Shown one piece after another: positions 27,828 through 39,205 of a stretch of 64,000 nt of DNA. This stretch comes from Callorhinchus milii. Lineage: Eukaryota. The notes beneath the pieces were generated by a model. The model was not told where the DNA came from and made no database searches. It saw only the letters and a list, made by a program, of their open reading frames with translations. Position 1 is the first letter of the stretch. Every line of letters begins with the position of its first letter. The stretch is from NCBI RefSeq assembly GCF_018977255.1, contig NW_024704743.1, positions 70,806,001 through 70,870,000 on the forward strand, written 5' to 3'. Position numbers and translations under genes: made by a program.

Positions 27828-28990
27828 ACAACAACAATAACAACAACAACAAAAACTACAATTTTATAGTGCCCTTCACATCGGGAAGAAGTCCCAAGGT
27901 GCTGGACAGTCAGGATGTGGACCCAAGCAGGGAATTGGCACCAGGAGAGTTGGAGGGCAGGAAGGGTAAGAGGGTGGCCGAGGGCATGGTCGAAGTGGAG
28001 GGTCTTGAGACGTGCCTTGAAGGAGACAAGGGAAGGAGCAAAGGGACTGTAGGCTGCAGTTCCAAAGGATGGGGCAGAGAGGCTGAAGGGCTGACGGCTA
28101 CTGGAAGGGCAGACCGGGTGGGTGACGTGGAGCAGGCAGGAACCTGCTGAGCAGACAGGTTGATATGGCATTAGAAGGTCACAAAGGTAGGAAGGATCAA
28201 GACCATGGAGGGCTTTGAAGGCAAGGACGAGGATTGTGGACTCTGTCCTCTGAGAGATGGGAAGCCAGTGGAGCCGGATGAGGGTGGGGATGATGGGGTC
28301 ACTGAGCCTGGTGCAGAAGAGGACATGAGCTGCAGAGTTCTGGATGATCCACAGCTTGTGAAGGGAAGAGTTGGGAAGGCCGACAAGCAGGAACTTCGCT
28401 CCCTCCCTTGCCTCCTTCAAGGCGTATCTCAAGATGCCCCTCTTCGACCAAGCCTTCGGCCACCTTCTTACCCTCCCTGGCCTCCACCTCTCCTGGTGCC
28501 AACTCACTGTTTGGGTCCACAATCCTGACTGTCCAGCACCTTGGGATATCCTCCCGATGTGAAAGGCCCTCCTGGATGTAATAACTGTATGGATGAGGGT
28601 TTCAGCGACCTGTGGGGTGAGGCAGTGGTGGAGCCGAGCGATGTTGTGGAGGTGGGGGAAGGCAGAACGGCAGTGGCCCTGGAGTCAAGGGTGGAGATGG
28701 AGATGAAGAGATAGAGTTGGGTGTCATTCGCATGCGTATGGATGTTGACCCCATGTCTGCGGATGATGTCACCAATAAGGAGAATGTAGATGTTGAAGAG
28801 GAGGGGACCAAGGACAGAGCCCTGAAGAACTAGGCACTAGGTGTTGCATGGGCTAGAGGAGAAGCCGTTTGTGGAGTTAAAGTAGAGACAGTGTGAAGGG
28901 TAGGATCTGAACCAGTCAAGGACAGGACCATGAAGGGTGAGGTGAGAGGAGAGGTGGTGGAGGAGAATAGAGTGGTTGATAGTGTCAAAG
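27828..28990 (-). mobile_element. L2 LINE 3' fragment containing an inverted L2 3' piece at 28393-28570
   Basis: (CAA)n tail, IQNSAAHVL..LHWLPI..FKALHGL.PSYL motifs, decayed ADD region at about 28730. Confidence 0.85.
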
Positions 28991-29764
28991 ACCTTAATGA
29001 ATAAAACTAGCCTTTTTCTTCTCTGTTCACTGAAGAATTTAACTCTCGTTTCAACCATAAGCATCATCTTCCAACATCCTCCTCTTGTTTATGGACAACA
29101 CGTTGTTGCTAAAATTATGGAACGTAGGAATTCTCTGTCCTATCTGAAAGGACAGCCTGAAATACTCATGGCTGAGGATATTATCTGCTTGTGAATAAAA
29201 AAGTCATCTGGTTGGTTCACACATACTAAACATAGGATATTGCAGTGTTTTTAACCTAGTTTTATATCATTGACAGTATTCTGGCAGCAAATGTGACCTA
29301 TATGCTATAAATTCTGTAGCTCACAGCAAATGGCATTGCAGAAACTGAAGTAGCAACAAACTTCATCTTCAGCAAAACTCTCAATATGATCAAAACTAAT
29401 TGTTTGAGAATAAAGCCATTCTTCATAGAATATTTGTCACACAAACTATTTTAATTTGGCTTTTTCATGGTTCCTTTTTAAACTTGCAGCTAATTTTAGA
29501 ATTTTGCTGAGGTAGGAACTGAAGATGATTTATCACTACTGATGGTGTGGTTATTATAAAAAACAGTAACCCAGAAGCTACAGCACTAGTGCATGGGAGG
29601 GGGAATTCTCTGAACACCTGTAAGTTAGCAGAGCTTTATAGATGATAAAATTATACTGTATTCCCTGCTCCCTGCTTTCTCATAAAGTTCCCATAAAGAA
29701 CTCAATGTGTAGGGAAATGCCCCTGAATTCCTGGAGGATAGAGACGAGAGATGCACGGAGGGCA

Positions 29765-30123
29765 TCTCCAAGCACTTCACATGATTTCTTGTAATCTGTA
29801 GTGAGTGTGTATTGTGTAGGCAAATGCATCAATTAATTTGCACACAGCAGTGTCCCACAAACAGTAATGGAATGAATGACTAATTTTATCTGGGAGATTG
29901 TTGACCATGACACTGTTAGAAACTCCCTTCTCGTTTTCAATAGAGCCATGCGGTCCACCTGAACAAGTTGATAAGACCTTGGTTTAATGTCTCATCCAAA
30001 GGACAGCACTTCCGACAATATAACGAATGTTAGACTATATGAGTTCACATTATCAACGTGGGGCTTGAGCCCACAACCTTCTGATTCAGAGGTGAGAGTG
30101 CTACCAACTGAGCCATGCTGACA
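29765..30123 (-). mobile_element. Deu-domain SINE
   Basis: GGTTTAATGTCTCATCCAAAGGACAGCAC core; GAGAGTGCTACCAACTGAGCCA head on the reverse strand. Confidence 0.75.
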
Positions 30124-31204
30124 CTGCAAATTAAGTCTGCATTGAGAGAAATTCCACTGATCCAGATTTACTCTATTTTCTGTCCAGAATTTAGCAAATA
30201 TGAATTCCAATGAAGTTTGAACATAGTTTTCTACAGTTCTTCATCAGAGCTTACAGAAAACTGGATTCAAAATTAAGGCTGTATTTAAGAATTTGTCAAA
30301 CTCTAAGAAAAACAGAGTGTAGGCCCGGAAAATTGTTGTTGAGAAACGTTGAAACGCTTGTCTCAATTTTATTCGCCCTCAAAATACAATCATTGCACTC
30401 ACAGCAAAGTCTGTGAGCCGCGTTGAGACATCCACCCGATGTGAAAGCAGCTTTATCAAATGCAGAGGGAGTTTGGCCAAAATGCTGGTTTATTGTGGAA
30501 GCGAAACAAACCTTTCAGGTTTGCTCACCTATCCTTCCTGGCTGGTGAGCAATGACGCCGCACGTATCAGAGATATGTGCCTAGATGCTAGATACTTTCA
30601 GGATCTCAGGAGGAAAGAAGTATGGATACAGGGAGCCACAGTGGTGAAAAAATATTTTTTTGAATAATATATATTTGATGCACAACGTGAAAATACATTG
30701 TAGCTTAGTCTAAACGATACAATGATTCACTTTTGCAACTCTTTTCTACAGCAAACTTAATAATATTTGTATCCCACATTGCACAGTATATTCAAAGTAT
30801 GGTTATTCTGGACATTATTTGTTATATCCTCCAGGAGATATAAAGGAGTGAGGAATTTCAAAGCTATTCCAGTGTAAGCCAAAAATGATAACCCATTTTG
30901 TGCTACATTTTTGCAGAAAATGTATTTGCTTTGGAATCACCATATGAGCATTAGTTTCAGCAGCTATGGAGAAATCCCATCCACTTCCATATGTCAACAG
31001 AGTTACGGCTTTTAAGGATTTAAAAAGCATTTCATTCATACAATTCTGGATTAAAGAAAGTAGAAAGAACGTTTGTTCAGAAATACTTTGGGTAACAGGA
31101 GAAGATCCGCCCACACCCTCACTCACATAAAGCTTTTAAATGCAAATTGATTAGTATATTTCTAAAGAGCAAGGAAAAGGGAATGTGGCTTATAAGGTTA
31201 TGTT

Positions 31205-31500
31205 CTGGTGGCTCCCTCTGATGGCTCAATGGAAAAAATGCACTATCTGGTGTGCAACTGAACAATACAGATTGGGAAGGTTGTGTGCTGAATTAGCTGA
31301 TCTCAGCTGGTTGCTAGCGAGAGAGCTATAAATGGCTCTGTTTTTGGAAGAGGCAAAGAAAAACAGAGTGCCCACTTGTGATCATCTGAGAAAGGACTTG
31401 AGTGTAGCTGTTGAGAAAGGACAAGATCAGGCTGAGCTCTGATAGTCAGATACCTTGTTGGCACTGATTGTCTATGTGTAAACAACAACCACTTGCATTT
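31205..31500 (+). mobile_element. Ancient SINE, AmnSINE2-like
   Basis: TGTGCTGAATTAGCTGATCTCAGC and AGGACAAGATCAGGCTGAGCT resemble the AmnSINE2 consensus as recalled; A-box-like TGGCTCAATGG. Confidence 0.45.
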
Positions 31501-31989
31501 ATATAGCGCCCTTCACCCGGGGTAGCACTTAAACATGCTCTGTCCCCCAAGAAAAGATCTGGAGAAAGGGAAAAATATTAGGGGCAAAATGAAACAATAC
31601 AGAAAAGCTGATTGAATGTCTTACAAAGCTCGAGAGTTGCTGAGAGTGAAGAATTGATACACCAACACCCAGCCAGAAAATATTTTTTATGGGGGATATA
31701 TGATTTTCCAATACAGCTAGGCAGAGTACTTTGAACAGAAAGTATTTCCCCATTAACTTTTCATCCCCTGTAAATAACCTTTTTCAGTCTGTTCTATACA
31801 GGAGGAATGAGGGCACACCTGTTCATGCAAACTGTCCCTTCAGGGTAAATCCCATTGAATTAACACAAATGTACTTATAAGGGTTTTAGATTTTACTGTA
31901 ACTAGTATACATCACATAGAATTATATATAGAATTAAATGGACTTCCCAGCCCTGAAACAGACCATTCAGCCCAAGCTTTCACACTGTA

Positions 31990-32340
31990 GAAGCACCGTT
32001 CCCGTTAGGCCTTTGGCTTGCCGCATTAACAGGAGCTGAGTGGGAAGAATCGCTGGCCCAAGTGACTGTTCTACCCTTCCAAATCCTACTGATAAGCCAG
32101 GTTGGCTGTGCTGTCATCAGCCGTGCCCTGGAATACTGCGGATCCACCTGGCTCAGGAATTGGACCGCCACAGAGGGCTGACGCAATTTTGACATTCCAA
32201 TGACAAACACTGGAGCCATTTCAGCTCCAAGAAGTCACTGCTTACCCTTCCAGGAGGATAGTCACTTGTTGGTCATTTGACATCAAGCGCAGATTTGAAC
32301 CCTCAGGTGGATGACAGGTACCAGGAACTCCCTGGAAGCT
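31990..32340 (-). mobile_element. Middle fragment of the unclassified ~1 kb element
   Basis: Colinear with 16380-16690 (TTTGGCTTGC, TTAACAGGAGCTGAGT, TGACATTCCA, GGAGGATAGTCACT, AGGTGGATG). Confidence 0.75.
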
Positions 32341-32832
32341 TGCAGTCGTGCAGTATTCTTGCAGTATGGTGACCAGAAATGTACTCAGTATTCCAAATGA
32401 AAATATGTAAAATGTTACTAAATATATTTAGGTTAGTTTTATTTGGTGTTCAGAGTAACAGAGCAACGTAGAGTGTTGCATGTATAGGTAGTTTGTTGAT
32501 TTGATAGAGAGCAAGCAAAATTGAATCACAATGTTGTTTATCATAAAGATTTGTACTGAATCAGAGACAATCACTTTATGAATGCCATCGCTCATTGAAC
32601 AGGAGAAAGAAAGACACAATGTATCAAAAATATTCTGAAATGTACATTGTATGTTTTCAATAAATTAAATTCTCAGAAAGCTAGAAATGCAATTCTGCAG
32701 ATAAAGTGTTTACCTATATGTAGTGTAATAGAGGCAACATAATAGATGTCTGACAATGTGTTCCAAACCAATGAGGCAAGCAGTTCTGCAAAAGATGAAG
32801 TAAAAAGTGTACCTTGGTCTAGATTTATTCAG

Positions 32833-32989
32833 TTTTCAAAGCATTTCTGGGTATCTGAATTTGGCAAATTCTCAAATTCTGAAGCAGATTTTCTATAAGT
32901 TATTTCAAGAACCATAGAAGTCCAGTTTCAAAGTTAAGACTGAATTCAACAATTTGACAAATTCCACATGTTCTGAAATGCTAAGAAAA
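32833..32989. mobile_element. Imperfect palindromic AT-rich element (MITE-like family)
   Basis: Arms TTTTCAAAGCATTTC..GAATTTGGCAAATT and AATTTGACAAATTC..GAAATGCTAAGAAAA; related sequence at about 4605, 14640-15080, 30135-30330, 48530-48680 and 51730-51880. Confidence 0.55.
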
Positions 32990-33676
32990 CATAGTAAGTC
33001 TCGACGCAGATGGAATTTCTCACTTGCTGCTTGCAAGCTTCGGACATAATCTGTGTCACATTGGCACTGAACTAATAGTGATGTAAATAAGGCCCACTGC
33101 CAAAAGGAGAAACTCCCAAAATGAACCTGTTCTCAGTGCAATGATCACTCTACTTACTATTTTGAAATCATTTCTTAATATTCAGACATTGTTCTGCATT
33201 GTCTTTCTGTTTATGCACCCAATAACAGATGACTACCTTAATCAGTCTCAACCTCCATATCAAAGGATGTGAAGTAGCCCTTGCTGTGAGTAGGTAGTGT
33301 AACCATGGCTTTCTCCATACATCACCGCTCAAACACTGCAAAACAACAATGGCCCTAAATCATAGAGATGCTTATCGGTCTATGATCTCTTTTGTGAAAA
33401 ACAGGAAGAGCAGGAATGTGATGACTCTGAGTAGTCATCAGTCCTGTAGTTAATGAGTAAATAAGAGATGAGCTCAGGCATTTACAGTATTGTGTATACA
33501 GTATGTCAGAGGGCAAACTTGAATTGACTTATGCACCTGAGAGTAAATTGTGGCTTTAACTGCTTCTTAGGACTGAAGTCACAAAGAATTCTCACTGTTT
33601 TCCAATTCATGCACATATTCATTAATACAGTGAAGGGAATCTGCGATTTTAATCTGATGTGTTTTTGTATTGATAG

Positions 33677-33718
33677 GGTATTTCAAGACTATCAAACAAA
33701 TCATGTACCATATCCCAG
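33677..33718 (+). CDS. kcnh8: KCNH8 42-nt micro-exon (GISRLSNKSCTISQ)
   Basis: TAG acceptor, CAG|GTATGC donor, phase 0/0; ISRLSNKS matches the segment after EGHESD in mammalian KCNH8 as I recall it; this frame is not in the ORF track. Confidence 0.88.
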
Positions 33719-34161
33719 GTATGCTATTGCTTTTGACTCATTAGAAAGTAGCTAAAAACTTAAATGGTTGATTAAGGCAACATGCTCTATGAACACCTGA
33801 ACATCTCATTCAAATAAACTGAACATAGTTGAGTAAAGAAATCACTTAAATAAATCACCAGTTATTCTAGGGATGTAATGGTTTGTGCTGTTGACCTTTA
33901 AAGATAATGAAAGACAGGCAATATTTTCTGAACAGTAGGAAGTAAAGTATTGTGATATGATGAGATGCCTCCTAAACTCCTCTACTTTGTCCAGATTAAC
34001 TGGTTCACTTTAGAAATATGTCTTGTTATATTAATTTGTTTCTCAATTTAAACTTTTCCACCAGCTGTTATTGTGTTGGCTGTTTGTCAGATGTGCTCAG
34101 TTTCTGAGTAACAGCTTGTGACACCTCTGTGCTGATTTTTTTTCGTTCCATTTGCACTTAG

Positions 34162-34520
34162 TTAGAGTCAAAAGGAAATGGGAACTTAAACATGGAAGCA
34201 CTCCCATCCATTGCAGAAGACCAAGAGGAGGTGGACGAGGAGGATGAGACAACCCCATTATCCCGTATCTCTACCAGGTTTACATCCCACAATCGGCCTC
34301 TGGACCTTAACAAGACTCTGAACACCAGAGGTTCACAGGGAACTGATCCACAGTTAGTCTCTGGCCCCAAGGCCTTCAGATCTCCTGTTAGGGGCTGCAG
34401 CATAAGCACAAGGAGCAGACATGACAGTGAACCTGTTCAAACAAAAGAGATGAAAGACCAAAATTTAAAACTGCACCTATCTGCAATAAACAACTTTGCT
34501 CCTCCACACCTCAGCCCAAG
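34162..34520 (+). CDS. kcnh8: KCNH8 exon: distal C-terminal region with acidic stretch
   Basis: TTAG acceptor, AAG|GTAACA donor; LESKGNGNLNMEALPSIAEDQEEVDEEDE...NLKLHLSAINNFAPPHLSP(R); in frame with ORF 34192..34524. Confidence 0.92.
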
Positions 34521-34739
34521 GTAACACTTGTTCAGTTTTGTACACTGGATTTTAAATGAAAACTAATTAAAATTCAGCGCCTTGGGACATCCTCTCAATG
34601 TGAAAGGGGTTATATAAATGTAATTTGTTGTTGTTGTTGAAATTCTTAAAACAAAATGTTTCTCATTTTCTTTATAATCAATGATTTAAGGTATTTTTTA
34701 GCACGTAACAAGGGAATGTCACTGCTGGAGACTAGAGCA

Positions 34740-35345
34740 TGTACGTAACGTTGGCGTCAGGCTTGATCCATAGTTATCTTTCCTACCCCACATCCAATCC
34801 CTGACCAGGACCGCTTTCCTCCACCTCTGCCACATCACTCGCCTTTAACCATATCTTACTTCAAATGCTGATGAAATTCTCATTAATGCTTTTGTCACAC
34901 CCCATCTCGATTTTTCCAATGCATTCCTCACAGTTCTCCCCAGCTTCACTATAAACAACATCCAACTGATACAAAACTCTGCAACCGTGTCCTCACCTAT
35001 ACCAGAATCCACCTCCCCATCATCCCAGTTCCCCAGTTCTTGCCAGACTTCAGTGGCTATCTGTTGCAGAACGGATCAATTTCAAAATCCTCATTCTCAC
35101 TTTCAAATCTCTCCATGCCCGGGTACCTCCCTACCTCTCCGATCCACTCTCACCCCACTCCTCCGCTGCCTTTGCTCAGCTAGCATTGGGTTTTTCTACA
35201 CATCCCTTGATCCCTCCACTTCACAATTGGTGGCTATGCTTTCAGCCATTACACCCTAAATCTCTGAAACTCCTCGCCTCAATCCCCCCCTCTTGTCCCC
35301 TCTTTGCCTAACTTCAAACCACACCTGAAGGCTTTCTACTTCTGA
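34740..35345 (+). mobile_element. Old L2 ORF2 3' fragment
   Basis: Similar to 39206-39864 (TTCCTCCACCTC.GCCACAT, CAAAACTCTGC, TTCAAAATCCTCATTCTCAC). Confidence 0.7.
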
Positions 35346-35589
35346 AGACTTCTACACAGACATCTGTCAGACCGTGAATTTTTCTATTTCCCACCAAAGC
35401 TATTCTATGGTCTGTCTGAATAAAGTGATAGGACAACTGTTTTAGAATGTAGTTGCCTGGGTCCAATGTCTCTGGTCCTGTGTTATACTGAAGCAGGAAA
35501 TAAATGGTTGACTTTGGTTTGTTTTTGTTTGGTCAGTCAGGCGTCTGACACATGAGAATATCGTTGCCATGTTTAAGAATATCCATCTA

Positions 35590-35765
35590 TTCATTTTTCA
35601 CACAGCGAGTTGTTCGGTTCTGGAATGCATTGTCTGAAAGGGTGGTTGAAACCGATTTGATAACAACTTTTAAGAGAGAAGTAGATAATTATTTGGGGAG
35701 GACAAGTTTGCAGGGCTTTGGGGAGAGAGTGGGTGATTTGGATAACTCTGTTAAAAGAGCCAGCA
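35590..35765 (+). mobile_element. CR1 LINE 3' fragment
   Basis: FFTQRVVRFWNAL..VVET...FKRE.D (CR1 ORF2 C-terminus) in ORF 35552..35833. Confidence 0.75.
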
Positions 35766-36180
35766 CGGCACCGAGCTGGGGGGAGTGGGAGATAACCATA
35801 GGCACGGTCGAAGAGAAAGATCTTCAGGCGTGATATGAACATAGGGAAAGAAGTGTCAAGGCGGACGGATAGAGGAAGAGTGTTCCAGAGTTTTGGGGCA
35901 TAATGTCTGAAAGTGTGGTTACAAATGGTGGAACGGAGGGCATCAAGAATATGAAGAAGGCCAGAGTGGAGGCAGAGGGTTGTGGGTTGGGGGGTAAGCA
36001 GGTCAGAGAGGAGGGAGGAGCCAGAGCATGAAGGGATTTGAAAATGAATGTGAGGATCTTGAAATTGATCCGTTCGGCAATAGGAAGCCAGTGGAGCCTG
36101 GCTAGAACTGGTTTGATGAGGCTACCGAATTTAGTGAGGTGAGTATGCAGGCAGTTTTTGGATCAGCTGGAAATTCCTAT
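35765..36180 (-). mobile_element. L2 3' fragment
   Basis: GTTCCAGAG, GTGAGGATCTTGAAATTGATCC, GAAGCCAGTGGAG on the reverse strand. Confidence 0.7.
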
Positions 36181-37301
36181 GAATTGGAGGTGCAAACCCT
36201 CGACTGTCCAGCACCTTGGGGTGTCCTCCCAAAATGAAAGGCACTAAATAAATGCAAATTAGTGTTGTTGTTGTAAGGTTTCTGTTGACGTCACTTCCTG
36301 TGCATGTGTAGTAAGTGATGTTGGTGTCAAATTTGTGGTGTGCAGGACATCCTATGGGTTGTACATGATGACTTAGATGTTGGCCATGGTCTAATGGTCT
36401 ACAGAGTACTTGTCATATAAGGAGTTGCCTTATAACTGGGGTTGCTCTGTATTCATAAATTTGTACAAGATATAAAATATTGTTGAACTTCATAACTTTT
36501 ACCAGCAGAATACTTGCTAGAAGTTAAATAAATATGAAAAACAAACAAGTGTAGCATTATATTTGCACTTTCTACAAATCCATTTCCTATTTTTAGATCT
36601 CTCTTGCTACCTCCTGCTAACATTTCTGGGGTTTTAACTGATCAAGTTCTCCTCCCCTTCTTCACGCTGCATAATACACTGTAATAGTGATGTGTAAGCT
36701 TCTCTCCTAGCCAATGGCAGATTAGATAGGCTCATCTACCAATGTCAGCAAATTTACCCCTGACTGGAGAAAAACAACTAATCATTCTGTTTAGTCAAAA
36801 TAATCAGTTGTACAATAAATATGGGTAGAATCGGTGATATTTTCAAACTATCGTTGGTGTTAAGTAGCATCCATTAGGTGGCAACACACTTCCCTCTGTA
36901 AGTGGTTGTCTCTTTTGGGCCAATTTGTGTTTTTTTACATTGAACTGACATGACTCTTATTGCAAATTCAGTTGCGCTTATGGTCACCTCCCCTTCTCTT
37001 TTTTCCTTTGCTCATTTGTCCAACCCTACCAATGTACAGTGCTCCAATATACTATCCTGTGTGAAGGGTGTATAAATACAAATTGTTAAAGTGTAAGCCC
37101 CAGACCATCTTTGTTTTCTTTGTTTAATATCTATTTTCTTTGATTGGTCTGCAGAGGAGGAGCAAAATCTACATTCTCCCTAGCAAAAGTTGAATGCTCC
37201 AGTTACTAAACAATATACCTTTGCATATAGTATTACTGTTTGCATGTGAAACAGACACTTGTATTTCCCACTGTGTGTCAGCTGTCTGTTTGTTCCTATA
37301 G

Positions 37302-37408
37302 AATTGTTGATGGTATTGAGGATGAAGAAAGTTCAATAGGAAACCAAAGCTTTGAGTTCTGCAGTGAAAAAATAGGACAGGAGTCATCTCAAACTACTTC
37401 AGCAAAAG
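37302..37408 (+). CDS. kcnh8: KCNH8 exon (IVDGIED motif)
   Basis: ATAG acceptor, AAG|GTAATG donor; (R)IVDGIEDEESSIGNQSFEFCSEKIGQESSQTTSAK; SPR/IVDGIED is an Elk-family motif; phase 2 to 1. Confidence 0.92.
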
Positions 37409-37607
37409 GTAATGTTTTCCATTGTGTTCATATGTGGACCAGTAAGAATGAACTGTTTAACAGTGTGTGGCAAAATTTGTGGTATTGCTTAAATTAATGT
37501 CTGTGTTAATTAGTACCATAATTAATGTTTTGTGATAACTTTGTATTCCAAATGTCACAATAAATCTGTTCTAGTACATTGAATGGGCACTGGGTGGAAG
37601 TGTCCTG

Positions 37608-37875
37608 CCTCCCTTTCCACTCCCCCTCCTCCCCCTTCCCCTTCTTCCACTCCCCCTCCTCCCCTTCCCTTTTTACCACTCCCCCTCCTCCCCCTTCCCT
37701 TTTTACCACTCCCCTCCTCCCCCTTCCCTTTCTCCTCCTTTCCCCTACCCCTCCTCCCTTCCCCTTCTCCCCCTTTCCCTTCCCCATCCTCCCCTTTCCC
37801 CTTCTCCCCCTTTCCCTTCCCACTCCTCACCCTTGCCCTTCTCCGCCTTTCCCCTTCCCCTCCTGCTCCCCCAGC
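37608..37875. repeat. Polypyrimidine/polypurine low-complexity tract with a ~30-bp minisatellite
   Basis: About 260 bp almost entirely C/T on the + strand; about four copies of CACTCCCCCTCCTCCCCCTTCCCTTTTTAC-like units. Confidence 0.9.
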
Positions 37876-38580
37876 CCAGGTGGTTGTTAGGAGGAGTGGT
37901 TGCTGAATGGAGGTGGTTGCTTGAACAGGTTTAAGACAATATTTAAGAACAAGGCATCATACATTCAAATTATCAACCAGGAAATGCAGGAAAGAGTTTT
38001 AGTAAAAGAACAATAGGCAAAGTTGATCTAAAAGGAAATGGACAAGTTCTGGGCAACTAAAAGATTCAAGTTTATAATAACATTCATTATTATGTTAGAG
38101 ATGAATGCCTCAAGGCAATCTTGTGGGAAATTAATTTGGGTCAATTAGATGGATTGATGGTCTTCTCCTGAATGAAATTGTTACTGTGCTACTTTGTTAG
38201 TATGAAGTCAATTTTGCAGTATTTCTAAACACATTCCATTCCTTGATATAATATCGGTGACAATGAAGAAATGTGTTATTGACAAGAAGCAGGGGGAAAG
38301 GTGGGGGACAACCACTTGATAAAGGTGATTAAAATTCTGTGATTAGGTGATGGGTCCTTTGGGGAAGTTGGTGGGGTTGGTTGGATGGATCAGTGGTGTT
38401 CTCCTGCTGGATGTTGTTACTAGGCTTGTGATATATTACTGTAATGGTGCGTCAATCCCACACAGTAGCCAGAAATATATATTTTTTAACAATTTCATTG
38501 TTCTTTTCATTGTTTTGCCAATGAAGATAAATGTCAAATTAATACACGGCTAAATCAAATGTAAGGAATGTTATTATTAT

Positions 38581-38793
38581 TATGGATCAATTTTCTGGTG
38601 TTTCTTCGTAGAATTTCTTAAGAAATCCAGAAATGCTTTACCTATATATGCGTGAATGCCACTCTGACTCCATTTATTTCGGAGCTGGATGGCCTCAATT
38701 GTATGTGCAATGTATTTTCAGTTGCCAGAATATGTCCCCTCTCAGATTTCTCTTTTAAGAAATTCCATTAAGAAACACTGCAAAATTGTACCT
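38581..38793. mobile_element. MITE-like element with ~34-bp imperfect terminal inverted repeats
   Basis: CAATTTTCTGGTGTTTCTTCGTAGAATTTCTTAA versus TTAAGAAATTCCATTAAGAAACACTGCAAAATTG. Confidence 0.55.
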
Positions 38794-39003
38794 ATTATTA
38801 GGAGTCAGCTACATTATATCTTTTTTTAACCTCACAAAATATATAATTTTAATGTAGTAGTGTTTTGAACCAATTGAAAATGCTGCTCTAAATGTTATCA
38901 TTAATGCAGAGTGCCATCTCATTAGAGAATACAGGGGAATATACAGACAATAGCTCTTTGCAAACCTAAAGGTCATGGGTTTTACATATTATTTTTTTTA
39001 CAG

Positions 39004-39083
39004 ACTTTGATCAAGTTACTCCTGCAATGCTGGCTGCAAAAGCTGAAGAGACAAAACAACAGGTCAAAAGGCTAAATGATGAG
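39004..39083 (+). CDS. kcnh8: KCNH8 exon: first half of the C-terminal coiled coil
   Basis: T-run plus ACAG acceptor, GAG|GTAGGA donor; (D)FDQVTPAMLAAKAEETKQQVKRLNDE; phase 1 to 0; absent from the ORF track. Confidence 0.9.
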
Positions 39084-39205
39084 GTAGGAATAATTATTGT
39101 GAAACGTACCATAATATGATTCAGCAACAAAGAACAGACATTGTGGACCATAATTGTTTGTCTTCTCAAAAAGTTGATTTACATTGCATTGCATATTCAG
39201 TGAGG

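Noticed and set aside
27815..28522. 235-aa minus-strand ORF as a novel protein
   Set aside because: Chimera of antisense L2 3' sequence and the L2 ORF2 C-terminus, created by the internal inversion
34192..34524. ORFs at 34192 and 53777 as separate genes
   Set aside because: Both are bounded by splice signals and join the kcnh8 frame
36871..36885. Isolated CTCF-like strings (also 56655-56670)
   Set aside because: Mismatches in the core and no supporting context; cannot be scored by eye
37506..37906. Pro-rich and Gly/Glu/Lys-rich ORFs
   Set aside because: Stop-free translations of the low-complexity C/T tract
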